Virus record (IMG/VR): IMGVR_UViG_3300010352_001565
Span: 1-51,054 of that record
Origin: a virus
Direction: 5' to 3' (one strand)
DNA: 51,054 bases
Positions 26,262 to 35,013 of the stretch are shown here, in pieces; positions within the stretch are counted from its first letter, which is position 1, and the number at the start of each line of letters is the position of its first letter. The position numbers and the translations under genes were made by a program. Under the pieces are notes generated by a model. It did not search any database and was not told the DNA's origin. It saw nothing but the letters and a program-made list of their open reading frames with translations.

Positions 26262-27548
26262 CTACCCGCGTGAAGGATCGCGAACTTCGCGAGAGGTCGG
26301 ACCGATCGTAGACGACCCCACAGCCAGAAGGCTGATTTGCTGCCCTTGCGCCTCGTTCGCGCTAGAAACTATATTCGTGTTACCGGCATCTCGCATAGCC
26401 TGTTGGCTAGCGCGATTCGTCTGAAGCTCACCTCGATGCAGGGTGAAGGCGCTAACGAGGTCTCCCTTGTCGATGACATGCGTGGACTGAGATACACTGT
26501 AATATCCAGCCCACGAAGTGTCGGCGCCACTCTTACCAAGCTTGATGTCGATGAAGTCGTTAATGCGGAGAAGCGGGGTTTTTGTGGTCTTGAGCTCAAG
26601 AGAATACATCGCTGATCTCTGCTGCTCATATTTGTTTTGGATGATGTTTTCTCCCTCAACAGCCCCATTTTCACCCACGTGGTACGAGAAAATGCGGTCG
26701 TACTCTTGAGGGATTTCCGGGGCTGAGTTCCCGATCTTTAGGACTCGTGAACTGTCAGATCGAACAGCTTGGGTCTCTCCCGTCATCGGGTTGTGAGCAA
26801 CCATCCTGACAACAGCCCCAGCCGCCCCATCCTCGCATTGCACCTGTGAGCGGTCGCTCTGAATCAGCGACAGGCTGTTAGTTGGACCAAAGTACGACAG
26901 CTCCTTGAGCTCGGATTGGTAATCTGGAGAGTGGAAATGAAGCACGCTGTCCTTCACGTACAGCCTGAAGTTCCCGCGTCCTTTTTCGTTCACCGCTCTT
27001 GAGATGCACCTGTCGACAATGAAAGTGAAGTCGGAGATCCGAGGCTGAACGAGGCTAAATTTTCCGATGGTTGGCTCGACAATCGCTTCGATCTGGTGTT
27101 CGGCGGCGATCGCCTTGACCATGTCGCTAATCAGCCCCTGCCGCGAAACAATCTTGTGCGCTCGGCTGATCTTCCATAACGGGTCAGCTGTGCATATTTT
27201 GACGTGGTGGGTCCCGTTACCGTATGGGATGGCTGAAAATTCCGTAATGAAATGGCGCTGCCACGGAAGCCATTGCATGGCGCGTGGTGTTCCAATCCCA
27301 AACCTGATCTTGCACTCAGGCTCACCAGACGACATTGCTGGTTGGACTACTCTGATGACTTCCTCGTCACTTGAGGCAAGGATGGTGACTGACTCGGACC
27401 ATGCATTGATCCGTTCCTTGATAGTAGTAGTGCAATGGTCAGCAGTTCCGCGTACGTCGACGACAGACTGCTGACCATTGACGGTTACTCCGATTTGAAA
27501 GATGCACTGAGCGTTCCCGCTGTTCGCAATGGTCGTTGATGTCGGCAC
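26262..27548 (-). CDS. Baseplate hub protein, P2 gpD / T4 gp27-like
   Basis: LISDMVKAIAAEHQIEAIVEPTIGKFSLVQPRISDFTFIVDRCISRAVNEKGRGNFRLYVKD parallels P2 gpD LGAIVKAIATRNRLEARVAPSLAGIKIPHIDQSQESDAKFLTRLAERNGGEVSVKMGKLLFLK. Confidence 0.5.
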   Translation of the reverse strand: MPTSTTIANSGNAQCIFQIGVTVNGQQSVVDVRGTADHCTTTIKERINAWSESVTILASSDEEVIRVVQPAMSSGEPECKIRFGIGTPRAMQWLPWQRHFITEFSAIPYGNGTHHVKICTADPLWKISRAHKIVSRQGLISDMVKAIAAEHQIEAIVEPTIGKFSLVQPRISDFTFIVDRCISRAVNEKGRGNFRLYVKDSVLHFHSPDYQSELKELSYFGPTNSLSLIQSDRSQVQCEDGAAGAVVRMVAHNPMTGETQAVRSDSSRVLKIGNSAPEIPQEYDRIFSYHVGENGAVEGENIIQNKYEQQRSAMYSLELKTTKTPLLRINDFIDIKLGKSGADTSWAGYYSVSQSTHVIDKGDLVSAFTLHRGELQTNRASQQAMRDAGNTNIVSSANEAQGQQISLLAVGSSTIGPTSREVRDPSRG

Positions 27549-27561
27549 TTCCTAACTAGCG

Positions 27562-28275
27562 TCACTCTTCTTCGTGCTCGCACAGGGCAACTCTTGGGCG
27601 GTTGAAGAAATCGCGGTGCTCAGACGGCTCATCTGGAACTGACCAGACGTGCTCAAGTCCCTTTTCAGTAACCTTGTAAGCGTCGCCCATCCCAAGAGTG
27701 TGGGTGGTATGCTGAACGCGCGCCAACTGAGTTGGGATGATGCACTGGCGCGATGCCACGAGCGTCAGATAGTCGGTGTCGCTGAATTTCCACGTCCATG
27801 CCTGCAGCGACTGATTTTTGCGATACACGAACATCTCGCCACCTTCGAACCAAATCAGCCCAACTGATCCGTGCGCTCTCTGCAGAGCGCGGGTCTTGAT
27901 AAGAGGCCCTAAGCACTCGCTGTCGACCACCACGCCGGGTCGGATCAGGTTGTAATTGGAGATGATGCCGTTGTGCGCATAGACAACCCCTTCAAACTCA
28001 AACGGGTGAGCGTTGACGTCGGTGTGCGCACCATGTGTGGCATAGCGGACGTGGCCAAATCCGAGTCGGCTGACGCGGGCGGCACGCTCGATGCGGTGAT
28101 TGCAGTTGCGCAGAAACACCGCCGGGTGAATTGCTCGCTTGAACACTTTCAGGGGGTGCCCTGTCTCAGCGTAGGCAAGGCCAACAGAGTGCGGTCCGTA
28201 TGGAATCGATCTCCCATACATCTCACGCAGCAGCGGGGTGCTGATTTTACCAGCCCATCCAATAATCGCGCACAT
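27562..28275 (-). CDS. Stand-alone class-II glutamine amidotransferase / Ntn-hydrolase domain protein. The start was reassigned to MCAIIGW.
   Basis: Met-Cys N-terminus (MCAIIGWAG), then GHVRYATHG..NAHPF..YAHNGIISNY..VVDSEC, which is the GATase_2 signature. The track start at 28335 adds 20 non-conserved residues and overlaps the upstream small ORF. Confidence 0.65.
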   Translation of the reverse strand: MCAIIGWAGKISTPLLREMYGRSIPYGPHSVGLAYAETGHPLKVFKRAIHPAVFLRNCNHRIERAARVSRLGFGHVRYATHGAHTDVNAHPFEFEGVVYAHNGIISNYNLIRPGVVVDSECLGPLIKTRALQRAHGSVGLIWFEGGEMFVYRKNQSLQAWTWKFSDTDYLTLVASRQCIIPTQLARVQHTTHTLGMGDAYKVTEKGLEHVWSVPDEPSEHRDFFNRPRVALCEHEEE

Positions 28276-28280
28276 ATTAT

Positions 28281-28448
28281 TTAAAAAGAAGAGTTGCCAC
28301 TTTGAACGACCCGAACAAGCAGAGCGCTGCTCCAACTGAGGCTATCAGCGCACCAGCAGAATCCGGTGAGAGATAGAAGCACAAGCGATAGTATTACAGT
28401 GAAATAGTCGTCGAGTTTATCCACGACGTTGCATTTGTTCGCGTTCAT
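28281..28448 (-). CDS. Small membrane protein (55 aa), first gene after the promoter
   Basis: ATG 7 nt downstream of the TATAGT -10. Hydrophobic core FTVILSLVLLSLTGFCWC. The TAA stop is 5 nt before the MCAIIG start. It is below the 60-aa ORF-track cutoff. Confidence 0.4.
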   Translation of the reverse strand: MNANKCNVVDKLDDYFTVILSLVLLSLTGFCWCADSLSWSSALLVRVVQSGNSSF

Positions 28449-28454
28449 ATCAAT

Positions 28455-28492
28455 ACTATATCACGAAACAAGAATTTGTAAACATTTATTTT
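28455..28492 (-). promoter_or_regulatory. T4-early-type promoter (minus strand): AAATAAAT, TGTTTACA, 16-nt spacer, TATAGT
   Basis: Minus-strand reading AAATAAATGTTTACAAATTCTTGTTTCGTGATATAGT. It differs from the 14281-14317 module at only 3 positions. Confidence 0.55.
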
Positions 28493-28953
28493 TAAAGTCC
28501 CAATTCTCGCTTCCTGTCTAGAACTGTTTGGACGGCCTGGTTTCCTACGCTGTCACCAGCGTTGATCCTCACCAGTTTCCATTCGTGGCCAGAGGCATAC
28601 TGGTCTTTCATCTTGTCGCGATTCACTTGGCGACCTGAGCGGTGATAGCGCCGCGAGTCAATTTCAATGAGAAGCCGCAGGTTAGGAAATGCAAAGTCGT
28701 AGATGAACCCACCCATCTCGTATTCCGCCTTGGCGTAGATCTTCGCAACTTGGAGAGCTTCGCGCACTTTACGCTCAGGGTAGCTCTCGTTGTTTTGGCG
28801 AGTGCCGCGCGTAATCTCAGGAGTCTCAAGGCAGTGAAGACAGATCCAGTAGTAAGAGTTGAACCTTGACCTGCTCTTGAACTTCTTGCAGAGACTCGCC
28901 GCTTTCTGCTTGCCGCACTTACGGCATAGCTGAGGCAAGGAATCAGTACTCAT
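28492..28953 (-). CDS. DUF559 (Vsr-like) endonuclease-fold protein with an N-terminal zinc ribbon, homing-endonuclease-like
   Basis: CRKCGKQ...CLHC, then GGFIYDFAFPNLRLLIEIDSRRYH...NRDKMKDQYASGHEWKLVRI matching the DUF559 pattern. Confidence 0.55.
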   Translation of the reverse strand: MSTDSLPQLCRKCGKQKAASLCKKFKSRSRFNSYYWICLHCLETPEITRGTRQNNESYPERKVREALQVAKIYAKAEYEMGGFIYDFAFPNLRLLIEIDSRRYHRSGRQVNRDKMKDQYASGHEWKLVRINAGDSVGNQAVQTVLDRKRELGL

Positions 28954-29231
28954 CGACTGGGTCGAATAATTCGCGGATTTTATCGAGGACGGGGTCTGTC
29001 AGCTCGAGGGCATAGAGCTCGATGGACGCCTTGGAAACCCCGAGAGCGTCGAAGAATTGTTGAACCGTGGATTCGTCTTGAAGCAGCTTCTCGCACTCTT
29101 CCTTGTTGAATTCAAGGTTTCCTTGCGCAGTAGCAACGATCATGCGAGACGACTCAATCGTACCGACGGTTTCGTCTCCAAGAGCTTCAAGTTCCTCCAA
29201 CAAATCACCAATTTCAGCAGGCATTTTCATA
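28943..29231 (-). CDS. Small acidic protein; start taken at MKMPAEIG
   Basis: The upstream 55 residues of the track ORF are low-complexity (R/C/Q-rich). TTTACG-17-GATAAC-6-ATG gives a promoter-like context at 29232-29270. Confidence 0.35.
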
Positions 29232-29400
29232 TTGTAGTTATCGCGTGCGATTTCAAGAACGTAAAGATTTTCTTTCGAACCCAGATGTTTTTGGGTTGCA
29301 AGATACTCAGACAGCCCTGAGAATCTACAACGAGTGGTGCGTACGCCACTCTGCGAATCCACGCCCAAAGTTTCTTGAAGTTGACCGCAGCGCATCAAGA

Positions 29401-29805
29401 ATGGATCCGCTGTGGCATTCGCACGTAGGTCCTGTTCAATTCACGCGAGAGCTTGATGTTCCCTGCATCAACGTGTTTCAAAAGCCGTCGTGGAGGCTGA
29501 CTCAGATGGGAATCATCGCCTGCCGCCAGGACAAGTTCATCATTGCCCACAACACCCTTCAGCAGCTCGATTATTTCCCTGAGCGCGGTGACAAGGTTGT
29601 ATGGAACGGGTACCGCTATGTGATCCTCAACGTGGTAATCGATCCGGAAGCTTACTGGCAACAGACGCAGCAGTGGATGGGTTTAACTGTTGAATGCGTC
29701 GTTCCTCCTGAAGGTGATTCGACTCCAGTCATCGACGCTAAGACGCTGACTCCAAGCGAGAAATCTACGGCGTTCCAAAAGCTTAGCCAACATCGCGAGG
29801 CCTAA
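29401..29805 (+). CDS. Hypothetical protein; start taken at MDPLW
   Basis: The part of the track ORF upstream of 29401 overlaps the divergent gene's promoter region. Confidence 0.35.
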   Translation: MDPLWHSHVGPVQFTRELDVPCINVFQKPSWRLTQMGIIACRQDKFIIAHNTLQQLDYFPERGDKVVWNGYRYVILNVVIDPEAYWQQTQQWMGLTVECVVPPEGDSTPVIDAKTLTPSEKSTAFQKLSQHREA

Positions 29806-30152
29806 TGCTTGGAAATGCCATAGACGACGCGGTCTACGCTTCGATAACTGCAAAGCTCAACGAAATGAGCGACGCGGAACGCCAGAAGGTTTCCAACGCC
29901 ATATACACCTGGCTGAGCACGGAGACCAGGAAGCTTCCGACGGCAGATATTCCTTCCAAACTCGAGGCGTGGCGCGGACGAATTGACAGGATGTGCAAGG
30001 AACTGGTATTTAAGATAGACGGCCAGAAGTTTGAAATATCTGCTTCGGGCGACGCGGATTTGACCCTGATCGGTCTTACCCGCGGAACGGACTGGTTTGT
30101 TGGCCATCCCGATCTCGCGCGCCTCGTAGTGGAGACAGTATTTAGCTCATAA
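29805..30152 (+). CDS. Hypothetical protein
   Basis: 115-aa ORF; ATG overlaps the upstream stop. Confidence 0.4.
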   Translation: MLGNAIDDAVYASITAKLNEMSDAERQKVSNAIYTWLSTETRKLPTADIPSKLEAWRGRIDRMCKELVFKIDGQKFEISASGDADLTLIGLTRGTDWFVGHPDLARLVVETVFSS

Positions 30153-30162
30153 TTTAAACAAA

Positions 30163-30441
30163 ATGAAATCGAATGTAACAGCCCGAATCGAAGAAGCTCT
30201 GAAGACTGTGGACCTCAAAAAGCCCGCCACCGTTACGGAAGCTGCACGCCGAATCATTGAGTCTCCTGTTGATCTGAGCGCTGGAAACTCGGTTGCCGTC
30301 ATTGACGACCCGACGTTCCCTGCGTCTGGACAGGTTGGAAAGGTCCGCGGTAAATCCGCGAAAGGTGAGGGTTTTGTTGACGTTGAACTCGCCAACGGTA
30401 CCGTTATGCCCCTCCAAGCTGACTTGCTGATCAAGCTTTAA
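30163..30441 (+). CDS. Hypothetical small protein
   Basis: 92-aa ORF. Confidence 0.4.
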   Translation: MKSNVTARIEEALKTVDLKKPATVTEAARRIIESPVDLSAGNSVAVIDDPTFPASGQVGKVRGKSAKGEGFVDVELANGTVMPLQADLLIKL

Positions 30442-30456
30442 TCGCATGATCCGAAC

Positions 30457-31314
30457 ATGCCATCTATCGTCACAGCGGACGCCGTAATCAAACCCGATGG
30501 ACTCGGAGGCTCTCTCCGATGGCATGAACTCGCTTTGCAGCGGTGGCTACACCGCTGCTTTTTAGTCTCCTCAGGTTACCCAGTTCCTGTGATCTTCTCC
30601 AACCCAATGGATGCGTTCGCTCAGTTCAGCATCCTGTGGAGAGACAAGGACAACCCATTCAGCTACTTGCTTGAGCTCAAGGACGAGCACGGTCGCCCGC
30701 GGTATCAGCCGTACCCTGCTCCGCCGCTCTATCCTCTGCTTTCAGTTCATCGCCTTGGTTGGCGCCCACGCGCCTCTCAGAGCTGGGGAGTCCGCGTTCA
30801 CAGGAACGTCGGGTGGCTGACCATAAGCGACAACGCCAAAAAGCAGGATCTCGCGAACGTTGCGCAGGTCAGGATGCCGTCTGCCTGGGACTTCCGCTTC
30901 CAGATTGACCACTTCTGCATGAACCCGAGTACGCAGTCGAACTTCATCACATCGCTGATGCAGGCGTTCAGCTACTTTGGAGGACAGCCTCAGACGTGGA
31001 TCGACGCAGTTTACCCGGGTCACTGGGGGCACCAAACGCTCCACATGGTTATGGATGGAGATATTCAGTCCGTGACTCCAGAAGTTGCGCCTGAAGGAGA
31101 AGTCACCCAGTTTCGTACGAGCTTCAGCGTAACGGTTGAAGGTTACTGCCCAGAAATCAACTACGCTGTCGTGCCTTCCCTTTGGACCCTCGTAGCTGAG
31201 AGTAAAGCGGTGGCACCTGACGCTCTCACAAAGATTTTTTCAACTGACGACTTGAGGCCTGACGATGGCAACGACGATTTAAACTCGCGGCCAAACATCC
31301 CGCCTAAGCTGTAG
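30457..31314 (+). CDS. Hypothetical tail-associated protein
   Basis: 285-aa ORF immediately upstream of the sheath gene (gene-order argument only). Possibly gp15-like (sheath stabilizer). Confidence 0.35.
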   Translation: MPSIVTADAVIKPDGLGGSLRWHELALQRWLHRCFLVSSGYPVPVIFSNPMDAFAQFSILWRDKDNPFSYLLELKDEHGRPRYQPYPAPPLYPLLSVHRLGWRPRASQSWGVRVHRNVGWLTISDNAKKQDLANVAQVRMPSAWDFRFQIDHFCMNPSTQSNFITSLMQAFSYFGGQPQTWIDAVYPGHWGHQTLHMVMDGDIQSVTPEVAPEGEVTQFRTSFSVTVEGYCPEINYAVVPSLWTLVAESKAVAPDALTKIFSTDDLRPDDGNDDLNSRPNIPPKL

Positions 31315-31345
31315 ATAAGGCCGATAACAAGAGAACAGAATTTTT

Positions 31346-33496
31346 ATGGCAACGATTCACGCATCAACTTTTCCCGGTGTCTACTCAAAAGTCACCGACC
31401 AAAGCTTCGTTACTGAAACCACCAGCCGCTATCACCCTGGGTTGATCGGCGTTGCTGAAAAAGGTCCGTTTGACGTTCCGACCGCGGTCCGCTCAAAACG
31501 CGACTACTTGAAGACGTTCGGCAAATCCATTCCGAACCGCTACATGGCGCACTATGGCGCAGTTCTCGGTGACTTGTCCGATGGCCTTACGGTTGTCCGC
31601 GTCGGAAATCGCTACAAGACGGTTGCGACCGGTGGTTCTGGCGAAGCTGGAAGCCACACCGTCCACGTCGGCTCGAAAGCGGTGCTGTTCAGCGTCAACG
31701 AATTCGTCCGCGTCTCTCAGCCTGGCAAGAAGACCTCCGTCAACATGCAGATCGCCCAGATCTCTGGAGGAAACCTCTTGCTCAGCACTCAGGATGCTGC
31801 GCTTGCTGACACGTACCATGGCGCTGTGGTTGATTCTGCTGAAGTTTCTGGCGCAGCCAACGAAGCTGAAGCGTTTCTCGACACTTACACATACGACTCT
31901 CCGATTACGTCGCTTGGAACGATCGTGGGTCGCAAGAACGAGTACAAGCTCACAGTTACCGCGGATGCCTCTGCCGCGTTGCACGTTGGCGACCTGATCA
32001 AGATCGAGCAAGAAGGCCGCATCACGACCTCTGAAATTCGCGTCAAGGACGTCGGCCCGTTGGTCAGCGGTTTGGCTACCATCACTTTTGACACATCGAA
32101 CGATGCGGAGTACGGCTACCAAGCTGTGGCGCTCCAGGACTCTTATCTGGATCCTTCGCTCTACGACAATGCCATCCCGGCTGCCACCATCTCGAAGGTG
32201 GCGAAGAACGCTGACGGATCTCCTGTCACACGGACGGCCATTCCGCTTATTGCGTCATCCGCTGGTGAGTGGGCGAACTCGGACGGTGTGAAGACTGGCC
32301 TTGTGGTTCAAGTGAGCCCTGGGTCAAAACCGGGCACCAAGAAGCTGCTCGTCTACGAGAACTCTGGCCTTGTTGAGACCATCGACAACTTGTCTCTGGT
32401 CCAGAGTGACGATAACTTCTACAACAAGCGCATCCAAGGTTCCTCGTACATCGCCATCCCGGCTGGTTACACTGTAGCGGTTCATCCTGCTAACACAGTC
32501 AACCCCTGGAACACCGCGGTGGCCACGACAGTCAACTTTGCAGCGTTCAATGGTGGATTCAACGGTGACTCTCCGAGCATCCAAGACTTCATCGGCACCA
32601 TTAACCCCGCAGACGACTCTCCGACTGGGTTGCAGTGCTTCGATGACGAAAACTTGGACGTGGACGCCATCGCTGCTCCTGACGTCCCTGAGTTGTTCGC
32701 TGAGAACGACGTCGCGATCCTTCAGGAAATCGCTCGCGTGGGCCGCAAGGTCTACGCCAACGGCTTCGCTGACATTCCTCGCGGTTTGAACGCTCGCAAC
32801 GCGATCGACTATCACAACGGCGCAGGTTTCTACGCCTCTCGCGGCCGCATCGACAACTACTCGCTGTCGACCTGCTGGAACTGGATCCAGATCGCTGACT
32901 CTTACAACGGAAACCTCGTGTGGGTTCCTCCCTCTCTTGGTTTCATGCGCTGCCAAGCTGCTACATTCGATGGCTTCAAGCCCTGGTTTGCTGCTGCTGG
33001 TGAAGTTCGCGGTATCATCCCCGAAGCTCTCGCGGTTGAGTTCGAGCGCGTGTCTTCTGACACTAAGTCGGCGATGTACGGCGACGGAAACAGCGTGAAC
33101 CCGATCTTGCTTCAACGCGGGCGCATCATGGTCTATGGCGATCGCACGATGCAGCGCGCCGAAAGCAAACTGACGGCCACTCACAGCGTCTGCTTGACGA
33201 ACAACATGCTCAAGAATATGGGCCTGATTGCTCGCAAGTTTGTGTTCGATCCGAACGATCCGACCCTGCTTTCTTCGCTGAACCTGTCCATGACAGCGTT
33301 CCTCGAAACGGTGAAAGACGGCCGTGGCGTGGAAGAGTACCTGCTGGTCCTCGATACCACAAACAACACTGCCGACACCCGAAACAAGCGCGAAGTCATC
33401 GTGGACTTCTCCTACATCCCGGTTGATGCAGCGGAACGCATTTACATCAACGCTACTGTTCGTGAGAGTGGCGCGACCCTTAACAAAATCGTTTAA
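31346..33496 (+). CDS. Contractile tail sheath protein, T4 gp18-like
   Basis: The C-terminus VLDTTNNTADTRNKREVIVDFSYIPVDAAERIYINATVRESG matches T4 gp18 VCDTTNNTPSVIDRNEFVATFYIQPARSINYITLNFVATATG. The VYGDRT segment and the N-terminal PGVY motif also match. Confidence 0.9.
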   Translation: MATIHASTFPGVYSKVTDQSFVTETTSRYHPGLIGVAEKGPFDVPTAVRSKRDYLKTFGKSIPNRYMAHYGAVLGDLSDGLTVVRVGNRYKTVATGGSGEAGSHTVHVGSKAVLFSVNEFVRVSQPGKKTSVNMQIAQISGGNLLLSTQDAALADTYHGAVVDSAEVSGAANEAEAFLDTYTYDSPITSLGTIVGRKNEYKLTVTADASAALHVGDLIKIEQEGRITTSEIRVKDVGPLVSGLATITFDTSNDAEYGYQAVALQDSYLDPSLYDNAIPAATISKVAKNADGSPVTRTAIPLIASSAGEWANSDGVKTGLVVQVSPGSKPGTKKLLVYENSGLVETIDNLSLVQSDDNFYNKRIQGSSYIAIPAGYTVAVHPANTVNPWNTAVATTVNFAAFNGGFNGDSPSIQDFIGTINPADDSPTGLQCFDDENLDVDAIAAPDVPELFAENDVAILQEIARVGRKVYANGFADIPRGLNARNAIDYHNGAGFYASRGRIDNYSLSTCWNWIQIADSYNGNLVWVPPSLGFMRCQAATFDGFKPWFAAAGEVRGIIPEALAVEFERVSSDTKSAMYGDGNSVNPILLQRGRIMVYGDRTMQRAESKLTATHSVCLTNNMLKNMGLIARKFVFDPNDPTLLSSLNLSMTAFLETVKDGRGVEEYLLVLDTTNNTADTRNKREVIVDFSYIPVDAAERIYINATVRESGATLNKIV

Positions 33497-33507
33497 TACT
33501 CAAACTT

Positions 33508-34125
33508 ATGACAATGCTATACAAAAACCTGTGGGGTACGGCGAACCAAGGTTTCGACCAACAGCGCGCCGATTTGTTCGAGGTCGAGATTATCTTGCCT
33601 GCGGCCTGCGGTGGTGTGTCAGCGTGGAATAACCATGTCAAATTTGCGGTCCAGAAGTTTCCCTTCCCCGACCGCAAGAGCGACACGATTCCAGTCAAAT
33701 ACATGAATCAGACGAACCACGTGCTTGGAGCTGACGCTCCCACTGGTCCGATCGAAATTCCTGTGCGGTACGCGTTCAACCAGGAAACCCATCGCCGGTT
33801 GGAGATGTGGAAGTGCCTGTGCTCGAACCCTCGCTCTGGTGGCGTGGCGCTGACAAGCTTTGCGAAAGCGATGGGAGAATTCCGCTGGTTGATTCCAGAC
33901 ATGCGGGCTCAGCAGAACTTCGATGAGAAGATGGCCTTCATCAAAGGCCAGGAATACACCTTGGAAGGAATCCTGATCACTGGATTGAAACCTGGTGGCG
34001 CCGACATGGCCGCAACAGGCGACGCCTCGCTGGTCAACCTTGAGTTCACACTTCAGGTCGACCGCTACTATCCGAAGGACTTGGACAATATGGTCTTTTC
34101 CTCGAACGTTGGAAACAGACCGTAA
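33508..34125 (+). CDS. Tail tube protein, T4 gp19-like
   Basis: QQRADLFEVEI..IPVKYMNQTNHVLGAD..NQETHRRLEMW matches gp19 FARPNLFQVEI..IPVGFMNRKINVAGD..NDEAHDARQKFVDW. Confidence 0.85.
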   Translation: MTMLYKNLWGTANQGFDQQRADLFEVEIILPAACGGVSAWNNHVKFAVQKFPFPDRKSDTIPVKYMNQTNHVLGADAPTGPIEIPVRYAFNQETHRRLEMWKCLCSNPRSGGVALTSFAKAMGEFRWLIPDMRAQQNFDEKMAFIKGQEYTLEGILITGLKPGGADMAATGDASLVNLEFTLQVDRYYPKDLDNMVFSSNVGNRP

Positions 34126-34153
34126 GTCGGGTTGGGGATTGGTTGCTACGAAC

Positions 34154-34188
34154 TGGCCGCACGTAACGTGCGGCCAGTCTCGTTTTCA
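34154..34188 (+). terminator. Rho-independent terminator after the tail tube gene
   Basis: CTGGCCGCACG-taa-CGTGCGGCCAG followed by TCTCGTTTT. Confidence 0.75.
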
Positions 34189-34190
34189 GA

Positions 34191-34622
34191 TTAGATGACC
34201 ACCACGCCAAGGTAGCTTTGAGCCGCCTCGTGGTTGCAACTGCCAGTGACGTCCACAACCATTGGAGGGACGCCAAAGGTCAGCACCGTGACCCGCGCGC
34301 CAACCACTGACAGCGCCTGAAGCCCCTTCGGGAAGACGACTGCCCGCTTGCCGCTGGCGTCACGCAGATCAAGGATCGAGTTGTCCTTGCGGTTGTTGGT
34401 CACATTGAATCCTGAGTGGTTCAGAGTGACGATGTTGTACCTCGAGCGGAGTTCCTGAGTAATGCGGTCAAGCATATGCTGAGAAACATCGCACATGACG
34501 TGCGCGTCAGACGAGGTTGTGATTGTGACGACCCCATTGTCAATCACGATAGACTTGATGTCTTGCGTGTTGATCGCCACCGGGGTGGGACCGCCGTTAA
34601 GAAGCACGTATGTCGGTTTCAT
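34191..34622 (-). CDS. Hypothetical protein
   Basis: 143-aa ORF whose ATG lies 4 nt after the stop of the upstream -1-frame ORF. Confidence 0.45.
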   Translation of the reverse strand: MKPTYVLLNGGPTPVAINTQDIKSIVIDNGVVTITTSSDAHVMCDVSQHMLDRITQELRSRYNIVTLNHSGFNVTNNRKDNSILDLRDASGKRAVVFPKGLQALSVVGARVTVLTFGVPPMVVDVTGSCNHEAAQSYLGVVVI

Positions 34623-34626
34623 AGTT

Positions 34627-35013
34627 TCAATTGTCGTAAATCCTGGTCAGCAGTCCTCCCTCAACGGGAATCGACCGCCCAGCCGGAAGCGACTTCCGGG
34701 TGTATCCTGCAGTTCTCTGATAAATCTCGGCTTTCGCGCGGCCGCCTCGCTTCAGCTTTCCGAGCCTCACAGTAATCTCATTGAGGACGCAGCGGTCGAA
34801 GATCAGGTGGCTGAGCACCATTCCAACAAACCAGACTGCGGGCAAAATGCAAACCCACCGAAGTGGGCTATGCGTGGCAATGAGGAGTCCGCTGACAAAG
34901 GCTAATGGCCCGTAAATGAGAGCCCCTGTCTTGTTGAATCGGCGGTTTATTTGTATGATCCGCTGAACTCGATCAGGTTGCAGCTCGAACGCAATTTTTG
35001 CACGTCTAAATTT
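34627..35013 (-). CDS. C-terminal membrane / PH-like domain ORF with no start codon of its own. It is reachable only by a -1 frameshift from the 34947..35537 frame (slippery A_AAT_TTA at 35007-35013).
   Basis: The -1 frame is open across the stop of the upstream ORF and encodes TGALIYGPLAFVSGLLIATHSPLRWVCILPAVWFVGMVLSHLIF (two TMs) plus a basic C-terminal domain. There is no ATG or GTG after the upstream stop. Confidence 0.35.
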   Translation of the reverse strand, partial: KFRRAKIAFELQPDRVQRIIQINRRFNKTGALIYGPLAFVSGLLIATHSPLRWVCILPAVWFVGMVLSHLIFDRCVLNEITVRLGKLKRGGRAKAEIYQRTAGYTRKSLPAGRSIPVEGGLLTRIYDN

